From Sulfurimonadaceae bacterium (GTDB lineage: Bacteria > Campylobacterota > Campylobacteria > Campylobacterales > Sulfurimonadaceae): a stretch of 32,854 nucleotides of DNA. How positions within the stretch are numbered: the first letter of the stretch is position 1; each line of letters begins with the position of its first letter. This document shows, piece after piece, positions 1-9,528 of this stretch. The notes under the pieces were generated by a model that saw nothing but the letters and a program-made list of their open reading frames with translations, searched no databases and was not told where the DNA came from. Location: the NCBI GenBank assembly GCA_041571435.1, contig JBFFUI010000024.1, forward strand, positions 1 to 32,854, written 5' to 3'. A program made the position numbers and the translations under genes.

Positions 1-843
1 ACACCGATGTTGAACATCATCAACGGCGGTTCACACGCAGACAACTCGGTTGATTTCCAGGAGTATATGATCATGCCGGTCGGTTTCGAAGATTTTTCGA
101 CAGCTCTTCAGGCATCTGCAGAGGTCTACCACAATCTGAAAAGTATTTTGAAAGAGGCTAAGCATAACACGGCACTGGGTGATGAAGGTGGTTTTGCACC
201 GGACCTTAGCTCAAATGAAGAGCCTATTCAGGTGATCATGCAGGCGATCGAAAAAGCCGGCTACAAAGCAGGCGAAGAGATCGCTATCGCACTTGATGTC
301 GCCTCAAGTGAACTTGTCGTTGACGGCGGTTATCGTCTTGAATCTGAAAATCGTACCGTCACTTCTGAAGAGCTTGTTGCCTATTATGAAGACCTATGTG
401 CAAAATACCCGATCGTCTCTATCGAAGACGGTCTGAGCGAAGATGACTGGGACGGCTGGAAAGTGCTTACTGAAAAACTTGGTGACAAGGTACAGCTAGT
501 CGGTGACGATCTTTTCGTTACAAACGTGAATATTCTGAACGAAGGTATCCAAAAAGGTATTGCAAACTCAATCCTGATCAAACCAAACCAGATCGGTTCG
601 GTCTCTGAGACGATGCTTACTGTCCGTCTCGCTCAGCGAAACGGTTATACCTGTGTCATGAGTCACCGTTCAGGCGAGAGTGAAGATGCTTTCATCGCCG
701 ATTTTGCAGTGGCACTAAACTGTGGCCAGATCAAAACAGGTTCAACTGCCCGCGGCGAGCGTACAGCCAAATACAACCGTATTCTGGAGATAGAGACTGA
801 AGTCGCATACGGTGAATACCTGGGCAACGTGCTGTTCAAATAG
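1..843 (+). CDS. eno: Enolase, 5'-truncated by the window edge
   Basis: Motifs [51 protein letters not shown]; stop TAG at 841-843. Confidence 0.98.
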   Translation, partial: TPMLNIINGGSHADNSVDFQEYMIMPVGFEDFSTALQASAEVYHNLKSILKEAKHNTALGDEGGFAPDLSSNEEPIQVIMQAIEKAGYKAGEEIAIALDVASSELVVDGGYRLESENRTVTSEELVAYYEDLCAKYPIVSIEDGLSEDDWDGWKVLTEKLGDKVQLVGDDLFVTNVNILNEGIQKGIANSILIKPNQIGSVSETMLTVRLAQRNGYTCVMSHRSGESEDAFIADFAVALNCGQIKTGSTARGERTAKYNRILEIETEVAYGEYLGNVLFK

Positions 844-861
844 ACATTTGAATATAGATCT

Positions 862-1170
862 ATGTCTGATGAAATAAGCCCGGCGCAGCAACCAGACCAT
901 AAAGAGGAGCTTTATGCCGCTCCGACAGAAGGCATCACCGAGAAATATCTCGGTCTTTCACTTCCAAAATTCCTGCTTTTTCTCTCTATTATCATCGTTT
1001 TTGGGCTCTATCTGAATATACTATTGTTCGGAGACAACTCTCTGGAGGTGTATCTGCAGCTCGAAGAGTACGAAGATTACCTCACGCATGAAGTCAATAA
1101 CTACCGCTTTGAAAATGCGGCCTTACAAAAAGAGTATTTTGAACTCAAAGAGTTGGAACCCGAGAAATAG
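862..1170 (+). CDS. FtsB/DivIC-like septum formation initiator (single TM plus coiled coil)
   Basis: One hydrophobic segment, then LFGDNSL and a heptad-like coiled coil (ENAALQKEYFELK); lies directly after eno, the conserved ftsB position. Confidence 0.65.
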   Translation: MSDEISPAQQPDHKEELYAAPTEGITEKYLGLSLPKFLLFLSIIIVFGLYLNILLFGDNSLEVYLQLEEYEDYLTHEVNNYRFENAALQKEYFELKELEPEK

Positions 1171-1190
1171 GTATAATAAACCAAAGGATT
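1171..1190 (+). promoter_or_regulatory. Putative -10 box (TATAAT) and AAGGA ribosome-binding site for the AMIN gene
   Basis: gTATAATaaaccaAAGGAttatcATG. Confidence 0.5.
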
Positions 1191-1193
1191 ATC

Positions 1194-1718
1194 ATGCGTT
1201 TTCTGATCGTGCTACTACTTGCTTTGCCCCTTATGACCGAGGCACGCGAAAACCCCTTTGCTCCTGCGACTGAAGATGAGAAGAGCGTTGAAAAAGAGGC
1301 GATAATCGTAAAACAAGAGACGGAAGAGGTCGAAGCAACCAATATCGATCCTATGCCGGTAGAGATAGAAACGGTAACGGAAGTATCGCAAGAGGAAGAA
1401 CCAAGTACAGACGCAAAAAAAGAGGTTGTTAACTACGCCGTAGCGCGCTTTGTGTTCCGAGAGAACAGCGCCTATATCGAGACGAAAGACGAGGTCTTGC
1501 GTCATTTTGCCGTCAGCAGCCCACCTAGTATCGTTGTCGACTTTAAAGCAGCTGCTGATTTTGCATCTAAACGTAAAGAGCTGACTGTTAAACCGTTTAA
1601 AAAAGTTGAGATGGGCGCACATGGCGACCTCTACAGGGTCGTGCTCCGCTTGGACAAAAAACATAGATACAAGATCGAAAGCGCCCAATACGGTCAGTTG
1701 ATCACTATCCTGGATTGA
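1194..1718 (+). CDS. Secreted AMIN-domain protein
   Basis: Signal peptide ending AR-ENPF, acidic linker, C-terminal AMIN-like region (PPSIVVDF ... GAHGDLYRVVLRLD). Confidence 0.8.
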   Translation: MRFLIVLLLALPLMTEARENPFAPATEDEKSVEKEAIIVKQETEEVEATNIDPMPVEIETVTEVSQEEEPSTDAKKEVVNYAVARFVFRENSAYIETKDEVLRHFAVSSPPSIVVDFKAAADFASKRKELTVKPFKKVEMGAHGDLYRVVLRLDKKHRYKIESAQYGQLITILD

Positions 1719-1821
1719 GACTGTTTTAAAGTTTTTTAGTAGCTTCTGCAATAGCGACTATTCTGACGACAGCGGTAGATACTTGTCGTTGTGACTAACA
1801 GCCGGGCGCTGTGTTCCGCTT

Positions 1822-3018
1822 CTATTTAAGCGCTATCTCCTGTTTGGCAACAAACATCTTCTTACTCCATACAGCATCTTTGAGCTTTAAAATACCGATG
1901 ATCTCGTCGTTGACAAGACGGTATGAAACGGTGACAACGGCTTTTTGTACATTAGCCGGAATGTCGACTTTGTAGACCTTTTTGCCCATGGCCGGGATCG
2001 AGACATCTTCACTGGCTGCAACAGCACATTCAGGGATCGTTTTCTTCTTGCGCTTGCTGGTAAAGTGCGATGTCAAAGATACCGACTTGTTGATTGTTGT
2101 ACTGCCATTTTGGTAGCTGATGTCAATAATGATCTCGCGTCCGCCATAACCGGTTGGTACGTTGTGCGGGTTCGGGTTCTCAAGCTCTATCAGCAGCTTG
2201 TTCTGAACATGTTGCAAGGAGAGGTTCAATGCGCCATTGATAAGTTCCGGAGAGTGTGCCCCTTTGAACCCGTGTGCACGCACCATGCGTTTTTTCGGTT
2301 TGCCGTTATCTATCTTTTGCGTCGAGGCAATACCGCTCTTCTTTTCGCTCATATGGCAATCCACACAGAGCTTTGGATTTTTCTGCTTTTTGTACTCTTT
2401 CTCGGTGTCTGAGAAGGTGAATCCGCGAATGGAACGCTGGTTGGCATGACAGACAAGACAGAGGTCATTGACCTTCTTCGTCATAAAATCACGTTGGTAT
2501 GTTTGATGATATGATGATTTCGCATCGTCGAACGGTCCGCTCATCTTTCCTGCCGGCAGCCATTCAAGCAGCTCTATACCCCGGACAGAGGGATCACTGC
2601 TTTTATGGATTTTGTCTACGTTGTGACAGACGGCACAGTTGATCCCTTCGTTAATGTCCTTGCTGTGTACCGCATTTTCAATCGGTTTATGTGTCTTTAG
2701 TTTCAGGTAGGCGGCCACTTCGTCGTCTGCGGTGGTTTGTGTGATAGAGATACGCGGGTTATGGCATTTTGCACATTGAACCTGCAGTGTATCAATACTT
2801 TTTTCGCGGACTTTGCGGGCCATATATTTTATACTTTTTTGGAAGTACTCGTCATTTTCAAAATGCGATTTGGCATGCCATGAACTTTTCCACTGCTTTA
2901 CGATGTGAAAGTGACACTTCATACATTTGCCACTTTTTGCATACTTGGCATCCAGCGGAACCGGCTCACCGGCGTATATAAACGTAACCATTAAAACCAA
3001 CAGTGTCACTAATTTCAT
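1822..3018 (-). CDS. Periplasmic pentaheme c-type cytochrome (c554-like N-terminus, beta-rich C-terminal domain)
   Basis: Signal peptide; five CxxCH motifs (CMKCH, CAKCH, CAVCH, CLVCH, CVDCH); WKSSWHA and HNVPTG motifs. Confidence 0.88.
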   Translation of the reverse strand: MKLVTLLVLMVTFIYAGEPVPLDAKYAKSGKCMKCHFHIVKQWKSSWHAKSHFENDEYFQKSIKYMARKVREKSIDTLQVQCAKCHNPRISITQTTADDEVAAYLKLKTHKPIENAVHSKDINEGINCAVCHNVDKIHKSSDPSVRGIELLEWLPAGKMSGPFDDAKSSYHQTYQRDFMTKKVNDLCLVCHANQRSIRGFTFSDTEKEYKKQKNPKLCVDCHMSEKKSGIASTQKIDNGKPKKRMVRAHGFKGAHSPELINGALNLSLQHVQNKLLIELENPNPHNVPTGYGGREIIIDISYQNGSTTINKSVSLTSHFTSKRKKKTIPECAVAASEDVSIPAMGKKVYKVDIPANVQKAVVTVSYRLVNDEIIGILKLKDAVWSKKMFVAKQEIALK

Positions 3019-3227
3019 TCAAAACCTTTTATAAATAATGCTTATAGCAATATCGCATCTAACCTAGTACTACTATTTAATAGTAATTATGCTTGTTACA
3101 ATCTTAAAAGGGTTCATGAAGAGAAATTTGTGCGAATATCAATGCTGTCAATACCGGATTAAAAATAATAGTGCGTTATGTCAAAAGAATAAGTGGTCTG
3201 TTCGACAGGGGCCTGGAGCGATATGCC

Positions 3228-3253
3228 AAAAGAAAGGTGCCAAAGGCACACTT
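3228..3253 (-). terminator. Rho-independent terminator of metH
   Basis: Minus strand GTGCC-TTT-GGCAC hairpin followed by CTTTCTTTT, just after the metH stop. Confidence 0.6.
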
Positions 3254-3259
3254 GTTTGA

Positions 3260-6200
3260 TTAAACGTTGTAGTAGGTTGCATCAGGATGGTAGACAACCA
3301 GCGCGGAAGTGGACTGTTCGGGGTGGATCTGGAACGTTTCACTTAACTCGATGCCAAACTCTTCGGGTTTCAACAGGTCAAAGAGCGGGCGGTTGAGCTC
3401 AAGATCGGGACAGGCAGCGTAGCCGAAAGAGTAACGGGCACCCTGGTACTTGCTCATCTGAACGTCTGAAAGTTTCGGCCCTTCGTTTTCGGTGATGTTG
3501 AGATCAAGACGGATCTGTTTATGGGCGATCTCTGCCAGGGCTTCAGCCAGTTCGACACCCAGCCCATGCACCATATAGTACTCTGTGAACTCACCCGCAT
3601 CATAGAGCGTTTTTTCGTAAGCACTCAGTTTTGCTCCGGCACTGACACAGGTCATCGCCAGCACATCATGGCGGTCGCTGTGGAAGAAGTCGGAGAGCGC
3701 GCGGTGGGGCTGTTTGCCCTGACGCGGGAAAGTGAACTGTTTCTCTGCACGGCCGATGACATGTTCAAGCGGTTCACGGTTCACTTCGTCCGGGTTGTGC
3801 CATCCTTCGGACTCGTCAAAGACAAGCAGCGTCGTGTCGTCTGAACGGACAGGCCAGTAGCCGTAGATGATCGTTGCGTCAAAGAGCCCTTCGTCAAGGA
3901 ACTGCGCCTTGAGACGGTCGAATGCCGGCCAAAGCACCTCGTCAACCTGTTTCTGCATCGCCTCTTTGGTCATACCTTTGCCGTTATAGCCCCAGCGCTG
4001 TCTGAAGAGCATACGGTGGTTGATCCATTCGAAGGCCATCTCAAGCTGTGCTTCGGTCAGTGTGACCACGCGGCGTCCCCAAAACGGCGGCGTCGGCACT
4101 TTGGTCTCGCGGTCCGGCATCTTGAGCTCATTGAAAGGAGGGATGATCACCTCTTTCTTCTCTTTTTTGACACGCGCTTTTTTATCCTCGCCGTGGAGGT
4201 TGGTGTCAAAGTTACCGGCTTCGATACGGCTCATCGCCGTTACGCCGTCAAAGGCATCTTTACAGTAGAAGATAGGACCATCGTAGGACGGACGGCAGAA
4301 ATCGTCGATGAAACTGCGTGTGAGCGCTGCTCCGCCAAGAAGAACAGGCGCCGTGATCCCTGCCTCTTTCATGGCCTCGAGGTTCTCTTTCATCACCTGT
4401 GTGGACTTGACAAGAAGACCGCTCATCCCGATAGCCTGGGCGTTAGAGTTCTTAATCGTCTCGATGTAGTCTTCCAAAGGCACTTTAATACCGAGGTTGA
4501 TCACCTTGTAGCCGTTGTTGGAGAGGATGATGTCAACCAGGTTCTTGCCGACATCGTGAACATCCCCTTTGACGGTACCGAGAACAAGTGTGGTGTCAAC
4601 GGCTTTGTCGACTTTCGGCAGGTAGGGGTTGAGGTGGTCCACCGTCTTTTTCATCGTCTCGGCACTCTGGAGGACAAACGGCAGCTGCATCTCGCCGGCA
4701 CCGAAGAGCTCGCCGACCACCTTCATGGCATCGATCAGGATCTTATTGACAATGACCTCCGGTTTGATACGGTGACGTGCCTCTTCGACCAGCGGTATCA
4801 TACGATCTTTGTCCCCGTCCATCAGCAGTTTGGCGATCTTCTCCTCGTCGCTCATGGCGAGATAGGCTTCATCAACCTCGTCACCGCTGGCTTTGGCGTT
4901 TTTGTCAAAGTAGTCGATAAATTCGAAGAGGGCTTCGCCGTTGGGTTTTTTGTCAAAGAGCAGGTTGTTACAGATCTCGCGATCTTCATCACTGATCTTG
5001 TTGTTCGGGATGATATGTTTGACGTTGATGATGACGGTACTCAGTCCTGCATCGATACAGTGGTTGAGAAAGATGGTGTTGAGGTAGGGTCTGGCATCTT
5101 TATCAAGACCGAACGAGATGTTTGAGAGTCCGAGGGTTGTCCCCACTTCCGGATGGCGACGGTTGAGTTCTCGTATCGCATCGATGGTCTGAATGGCCGC
5201 ATCACGGTACTCCTCATCACCCGAACCAACCGTAAAGGTCAAAAGGTCAAAGACAAGGTCTTCGGGGTTGAGACCGTGCTTTTCGGTCGCCAGCTGATAG
5301 ATGCGCTCTGCCACTTCAAGTTTGCGCTCTGCTGTCTTTGCCATCCCCACTTCGTCGATGGTCAGACAGACCAGCGAGGCACCGTATTTTTTGGCCAATT
5401 GGCAGATAACGTCAAATTTTTCGATACCGTCTTCGAGGTTGACGGAGTTGATGATCGGTTTTCCGCCGATCAGTTTAAGGGCGGTCTCGATGCCGGTGGT
5501 CTGGGTCGAATCGACCATCAGCGGGAGCGGGATCTTCTGGGCATAGAGAGACGCGACGGCGTTCATATCTTTGGTCTCGTCGCGGCCTGCAAAACCGACC
5601 GAGAGGTCAATGGCGTGGGCACCGGCACGGACCTGCTGCTGGGCAACGCTGAGTGTCCCCTCATAGTCCTCTGCTAACAGCAGCTCCCTGAAGGCCTTCG
5701 ATCCGGTCGCATTGGAGCGCTCTCCGATAAGCAGCGGTGCAGGGTCCTGCACCAGCGGGGTCGTGTTGAAGAGCGAGGCCAGCGACGTCGGCTGAGAACC
5801 GCTCGGTGCTTTAGGGGTGTTAGAGGTGACGCGGTTGGTCAAGGCGCGGATATGCTGTGGTGTCGTTCCACAACAGCCGCCGAGGAACGCGACCCCGTCA
5901 AAGGCCAAAAATGCCTCTTGGCGGTCAGCAAACTCATCAGGCCCCATCGGGTAGTAGCTGTAACCGCCGCGGTTCTGAGGCAGTCCCGCATTGGCATGGA
6001 CAGAGATCGGTTTGCCCCATACCTCTGAGAGGGTCTTGACATGCTTGAGCACCTGTTCCGGTCCTGTTCCGCAGTTGAAACCTAGTGAAAGGATATCAAA
6101 CGGCTCAAGGATGGTCGCAATCGTCTGAGCATCGGTACCTATCAGCATGCTTCCCGCCAGTTCGATGGTCACCGAGACCATAACAGGTACATCGGTGCCG

Positions 6201-6751
6201 CGCTCTTTGTTGGCTGCTTCGCAGGCGTGTAGCGCTGCTTTGATCTGCAACGGGTCCTGGCAGGTTTCAAGAAGGAATACGTCGACACCGCCGTCGATGA
6301 GCCCAAGGGCACAGGTGGTATAGCCTGAAAGCATCTCGTCATAATGGATATGCCCAAGCGAAGGGAGTTTGGTCCCCGGCCCGATAGACCCGAGTACATA
6401 GCGCGGCTGTTCCGGTGTGCTGAACATGTCACACATCTTTTTGACCACTTCGGCACCGGCTTTCGCCAACTCGTACGCACGGTCGCCGATATCGTATTCG
6501 TCGAGGACCCAGTCAAATGCACCGAAGGTGTTCGTCGTAATGAGGTCGGCACCCGCTGTCAAGTAGGCACTGAAAATGCTCTCCAGCACTTCGGGTGCAG
6601 TGACGTTGAGAAGTTCGTTACACCCTTCGTTGCCTTCCCACGCCTCTTCTGATATCTGGTCGTCTTTGGCCTGCAGCTGGGTACCCATCGCACCATCGAT
6701 GATCAATGGACGCTTGGCAATTGTTTCTAAAATCTGTTGTTTGACTGACAT
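3260..6751 (-). CDS. metH: Cobalamin-dependent methionine synthase
   Basis: DGAMGT, NCGTGP and GGCCGT Zn motifs, IGERSNATGS pterin domain, DVHDVGKN B12-binding motif, C-terminal reactivation domain (YSFGYAACP). Confidence 0.97.
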   Translation of the reverse strand: MSVKQQILETIAKRPLIIDGAMGTQLQAKDDQISEEAWEGNEGCNELLNVTAPEVLESIFSAYLTAGADLITTNTFGAFDWVLDEYDIGDRAYELAKAGAEVVKKMCDMFSTPEQPRYVLGSIGPGTKLPSLGHIHYDEMLSGYTTCALGLIDGGVDVFLLETCQDPLQIKAALHACEAANKERGTDVPVMVSVTIELAGSMLIGTDAQTIATILEPFDILSLGFNCGTGPEQVLKHVKTLSEVWGKPISVHANAGLPQNRGGYSYYPMGPDEFADRQEAFLAFDGVAFLGGCCGTTPQHIRALTNRVTSNTPKAPSGSQPTSLASLFNTTPLVQDPAPLLIGERSNATGSKAFRELLLAEDYEGTLSVAQQQVRAGAHAIDLSVGFAGRDETKDMNAVASLYAQKIPLPLMVDSTQTTGIETALKLIGGKPIINSVNLEDGIEKFDVICQLAKKYGASLVCLTIDEVGMAKTAERKLEVAERIYQLATEKHGLNPEDLVFDLLTFTVGSGDEEYRDAAIQTIDAIRELNRRHPEVGTTLGLSNISFGLDKDARPYLNTIFLNHCIDAGLSTVIINVKHIIPNNKISDEDREICNNLLFDKKPNGEALFEFIDYFDKNAKASGDEVDEAYLAMSDEEKIAKLLMDGDKDRMIPLVEEARHRIKPEVIVNKILIDAMKVVGELFGAGEMQLPFVLQSAETMKKTVDHLNPYLPKVDKAVDTTLVLGTVKGDVHDVGKNLVDIILSNNGYKVINLGIKVPLEDYIETIKNSNAQAIGMSGLLVKSTQVMKENLEAMKEAGITAPVLLGGAALTRSFIDDFCRPSYDGPIFYCKDAFDGVTAMSRIEAGNFDTNLHGEDKKARVKKEKKEVIIPPFNELKMPDRETKVPTPPFWGRRVVTLTEAQLEMAFEWINHRMLFRQRWGYNGKGMTKEAMQKQVDEVLWPAFDRLKAQFLDEGLFDATIIYGYWPVRSDDTTLLVFDESEGWHNPDEVNREPLEHVIGRAEKQFTFPRQGKQPHRALSDFFHSDRHDVLAMTCVSAGAKLSAYEKTLYDAGEFTEYYMVHGLGVELAEALAEIAHKQIRLDLNITENEGPKLSDVQMSKYQGARYSFGYAACPDLELNRPLFDLLKPEEFGIELSETFQIHPEQSTSALVVYHPDATYYNV

Positions 6752-6822
6752 ATTGCTCTTTCCGAAAATTCATGACATTTTTGAGATACTCTTGTAAAAG
6801 AACATGTCAAAAATGTTAGTCA

Positions 6823-6831
6823 ATTTTAACA
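6823..6831 (-). promoter_or_regulatory. Extended -10 promoter of metH (TGTTAAAAT)
   Basis: TGnTAAAAT on the minus strand about 70 nt upstream of the ATG. Confidence 0.55.
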
Positions 6832-6978
6832 AACCGGAGCATAAAAGGGGGTGAGAAGCGGATCCAATCTCTGTTTTTATGGTTTTTTTAAGGGAGTCGC
6901 AGCGGACAGAGCGTATCGCCATTCGTACGGTTTTATGATAGACTCTTCCCTAAACTCCCGAACTGCAAAAGTGAGATC

Positions 6979-7968
6979 ATGAAATATCTCTTGTTGCTCT
7001 TGTTCATTACACATGTCATGGCCGGTGCCGATGAGGGAGAGTGGGAGGCTGAACGCATCAATTTCTACTTCGAGAATGATGTCTTTTTCAATACCGACAG
7101 TGACTACACGGACGGTTCGCGATTATCCGTGCTGATGTACCGCCCTGACGCAAAAGGGGATTGGCTTTCGATCCCTTTTGCTGAGCACCAAAATGGTGCG
7201 GACTTTATCTCTTTTTCACTGACACAGAAGATCTATACACCCGATGATCTTTCACAGCAGGCGCTGATCGAAGATGACCGTCCATATGCAGGCTGGCTCT
7301 ATTTTGAAGTAGGGCTGCATGAGAGTTCCGAAACAGATCTCGATTCGCTGATGATACAGGCGGGGATGATCGGCCCCGCTTCGGGTATGGATGAGCTGCA
7401 ATACCATGTCCATAAAATACTGGGTTCGGAAGAACCTATGGGATGGGAAAACCAGCTGAACAACGAGGTCGGTGTGCAGCTCAACTATCAGCACAAATGG
7501 CGCTTTCTGCCCGAACCTGTTTGGGGTGTTGAGTCGAGTGTTGTGCCTTACCTCGGAGGCGAGTTAGGTAATGTTGCCATCAAGGCGAATACGGGTCTCC
7601 TGTTTCGTATGGGATGGAATGTTCCGGAAGATTTCGGTTCCAGTGTCATTGATGGTTCCAGCGAGAACGGTATTCCGATCCATAGAGGCGTTGTCTGTAC
7701 CGATGCCAAGCCCTGGAGCTTCAACTTCTCTTTCTCTGCAGGTGGTTCCGTGGTGGCCAGGGATATCTTTCTCGATGGAAACACCTTCAGTCAAAGTCAT
7801 TCAGTCGACAAAAAATATCTTACAGGTTTCGGCAGTTTGGGTTTCTCAGGACGATACAAAAATTTCAGTCTTGACTACATCGGTACCATTAACAACAAGA
7901 GCTTCAAGAGTGAGAAATCCAGACACAGTGTCGGCAGCGTCATCTTCTCCTATATCTACTCTCCGTAA
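6979..7968 (+). CDS. LpxR-family (DUF2219) outer-membrane lipid A deacylase-like protein
   Basis: Signal peptide; ENDVFFNTDSDYTDG, QKIYTP, DRPYAGWLY, GWENQL, RDIFLDGNTF motifs; aromatic beta-signal near the C-terminus. Confidence 0.85.
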   Translation: MKYLLLLLFITHVMAGADEGEWEAERINFYFENDVFFNTDSDYTDGSRLSVLMYRPDAKGDWLSIPFAEHQNGADFISFSLTQKIYTPDDLSQQALIEDDRPYAGWLYFEVGLHESSETDLDSLMIQAGMIGPASGMDELQYHVHKILGSEEPMGWENQLNNEVGVQLNYQHKWRFLPEPVWGVESSVVPYLGGELGNVAIKANTGLLFRMGWNVPEDFGSSVIDGSSENGIPIHRGVVCTDAKPWSFNFSFSAGGSVVARDIFLDGNTFSQSHSVDKKYLTGFGSLGFSGRYKNFSLDYIGTINNKSFKSEKSRHSVGSVIFSYIYSP

Positions 7969-7978
7969 AGAGGCAGCT

Positions 7979-8092
7979 CTATTTAATGAGCATCCAGCTC
8001 GTTTTTACGGACTTTCTCAACTTTTTTATGATCATCTTTTCCAGTGCGCTCAACTTCAGTTTTTCAGGGGTTGTTTTGTGTACAAAAGACAT
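7979..8092 (-). CDS. Unannotated 37-aa basic small protein MSFVHKTTPEKLKLSALEKMIIKKLRKSVKTSWMLIK
   Basis: Open frame with AAGGA 5 nt before the ATG, fitting the gap after lpxR; own putative promoter at 8146-8177. Confidence 0.5.
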   Translation of the reverse strand: MSFVHKTTPEKLKLSALEKMIIKKLRKSVKTSWMLIK

Positions 8093-8145
8093 GGGTATCC
8101 TTCGGTGTGTTGTTTGAAAACAGTTGCTTGTTAACGTGTTAAAGG

Positions 8146-8199
8146 ATCTTATCGTCTGGAGATTACGGCGCTGTTACGCCATTGGACATGAATGGTTAC
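8146..8199 (-). promoter_or_regulatory. OmpR/PhoB-type direct-repeat box plus -10
   Basis: Minus strand GTAAC-N6-GTAAT-N10-TAAGAT, with another GTAAC 22 nt upstream in 11-bp phase; same layout recurs at 19191-19222. Confidence 0.5.
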
Positions 8200-8295
8200 A
8201 AAGATGACAGGCAGTTGTTTTCACAAAGCGGGGAGTTCGTTTTTTTATCTTATCGCTAAGCCTTCGGTGATGCTCTGCATAACACCTTCGGTTTC

Positions 8296-8337
8296 GCACG
8301 GATTAAAGCCAAGCAGTTGGCTTTGACTGTTCCGTGC
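8296..8337 (-). terminator. Stem-loop directly after the sqr stop (terminator or stabiliser)
   Basis: Outer GCACGGA/TCCGTGC and inner AAAGCCAA/TTGGCTTT inverted repeats. Confidence 0.55.
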
Positions 8338-9528
8338 TCACATCCCAGGGAGGCGGGGGAATTTGCATAGTTTGGTGTTTCGGCAGTACCAGCCCCACCC
8401 TTTTTTCATCATATGGCCGAGGATCGGCATCGGGAGCATAAAGGCGCGTTTGTCATCTCTGAAGACAAAACCGGCACCGTTACCGGTGTCCATGACGCAG
8501 AGGATGTTGAGGTGTTTCTGGTACCCTTTGCGCGCACTCGAGTCTTTGTCGCGCTCCTGGATGTTGTAGGCGACATTTTTTGCCATGACCTCGGCAACGT
8601 GTCCCTGTTTTGCACGCCAGTCCGGACCTTCCAACGCTGCCGTGTCGCCGATGGCAAAGACATTGCTGACTTGGCCGTCTATCGTGACCTCACAAAAATC
8701 GTTGATGGTGACAAAGCCGGCCTCGTTGGTCGGCAGGTCGGAGTTGACAACCACCTCATGACCCGTACCCGCAGGGATAAACATGGTAAAGTCTGATTCC
8801 AGCTTGCTGTCGTCTTCAAAGACAACACCGTCTTGTTCAAAGCGTTTGATCTTTTTGCCGAACTGCTTTTTGAGCTTCAGGTTTGTGAACATCTTGTCCA
8901 TCATAGAGAGGGCCTGCTCTCCCATACGTGCGCCAGGTTTTGGCATCGGTGCAAAAAAGGTGAGCTCGAAGTTGTCGCGGACCCCTTTTTTCGTCAACAT
9001 GTTGTGGACGTTGAACATAAGCTCAAATCCCGGTCCGCCGCGAACGGCAGAGCTGTCTTTGGGGTTACCGCCGAAACCGAAAGCGATCTTGCCGCTCCCT
9101 TTTTCGACCAGTCTGTCCAGTGCCTCGGCAATGGCGATAGACTGCTCCGGGGCAGAACAGATGGAGAGGGTATTCTCGATGCCCGGGTGTTTCATCTTGT
9201 GGGCGCCTATAGCAACGACAAGATAGTCGTAGTCATCGATGACCTTGCCGGAGGCCAGGGTGACCCGGTTCTCTTTGGCGGCGATCTCGCTCACACCGTC
9301 GACAAGAAGTTTGAAGCCGTGTGCCTTCTGCAGCTCTTTGAGATCGACGCAGACATCTTTGAAAGCCACTTCACGTGTCGGGATCCAGATAGAGGTCGGA
9401 TAGATATAAAAATAGTCACGGTCGCTGACCAGTGTAACGTCATAGCCTGCTTTAGAGAGATAACCGGCCGCATCAACACCGGCAAAACCGCCACCAAGGA
9501 CAAGAACTTTTTTACGACTTGACATCAT
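8338..9528 (-). CDS. sqr: Sulfide:quinone oxidoreductase, type VI (SqrF-like)
   Basis: GGGFAG Rossmann motif, GFGGNPKDSSAVRGGP signature, FAIGD, KQGH, ILCVMD cysteine; AGGAG RBS. Confidence 0.85.
   Translation of the reverse strand: MMSSRKKVLVLGGGFAGVDAAGYLSKAGYDVTLVSDRDYFYIYPTSIWIPTREVAFKDVCVDLKELQKAHGFKLLVDGVSEIAAKENRVTLASGKVIDDYDYLVVAIGAHKMKHPGIENTLSICSAPEQSIAIAEALDRLVEKGSGKIAFGFGGNPKDSSAVRGGPGFELMFNVHNMLTKKGVRDNFELTFFAPMPKPGARMGEQALSMMDKMFTNLKLKKQFGKKIKRFEQDGVVFEDDSKLESDFTMFIPAGTGHEVVVNSDLPTNEAGFVTINDFCEVTIDGQVSNVFAIGDTAALEGPDWRAKQGHVAEVMAKNVAYNIQERDKDSSARKGYQKHLNILCVMDTGNGAGFVFRDDKRAFMLPMPILGHMMKKGWGWYCRNTKLCKFPRLPGM

Noticed and set aside
3521-6652. Long plus-strand ORFs (e.g. 4016-5125, 369 aa; 5153-5677)
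   Set aside because: Antisense shadows of metH caused by codon bias; no RBS or recognisable motifs
8093-8337. Possible riboswitch between sqr and the small ORF (repeated ACCGAAGG on the minus strand)
   Set aside because: Could not match it to any riboswitch consensus I know; explained adequately by a terminator hairpin plus a promoter
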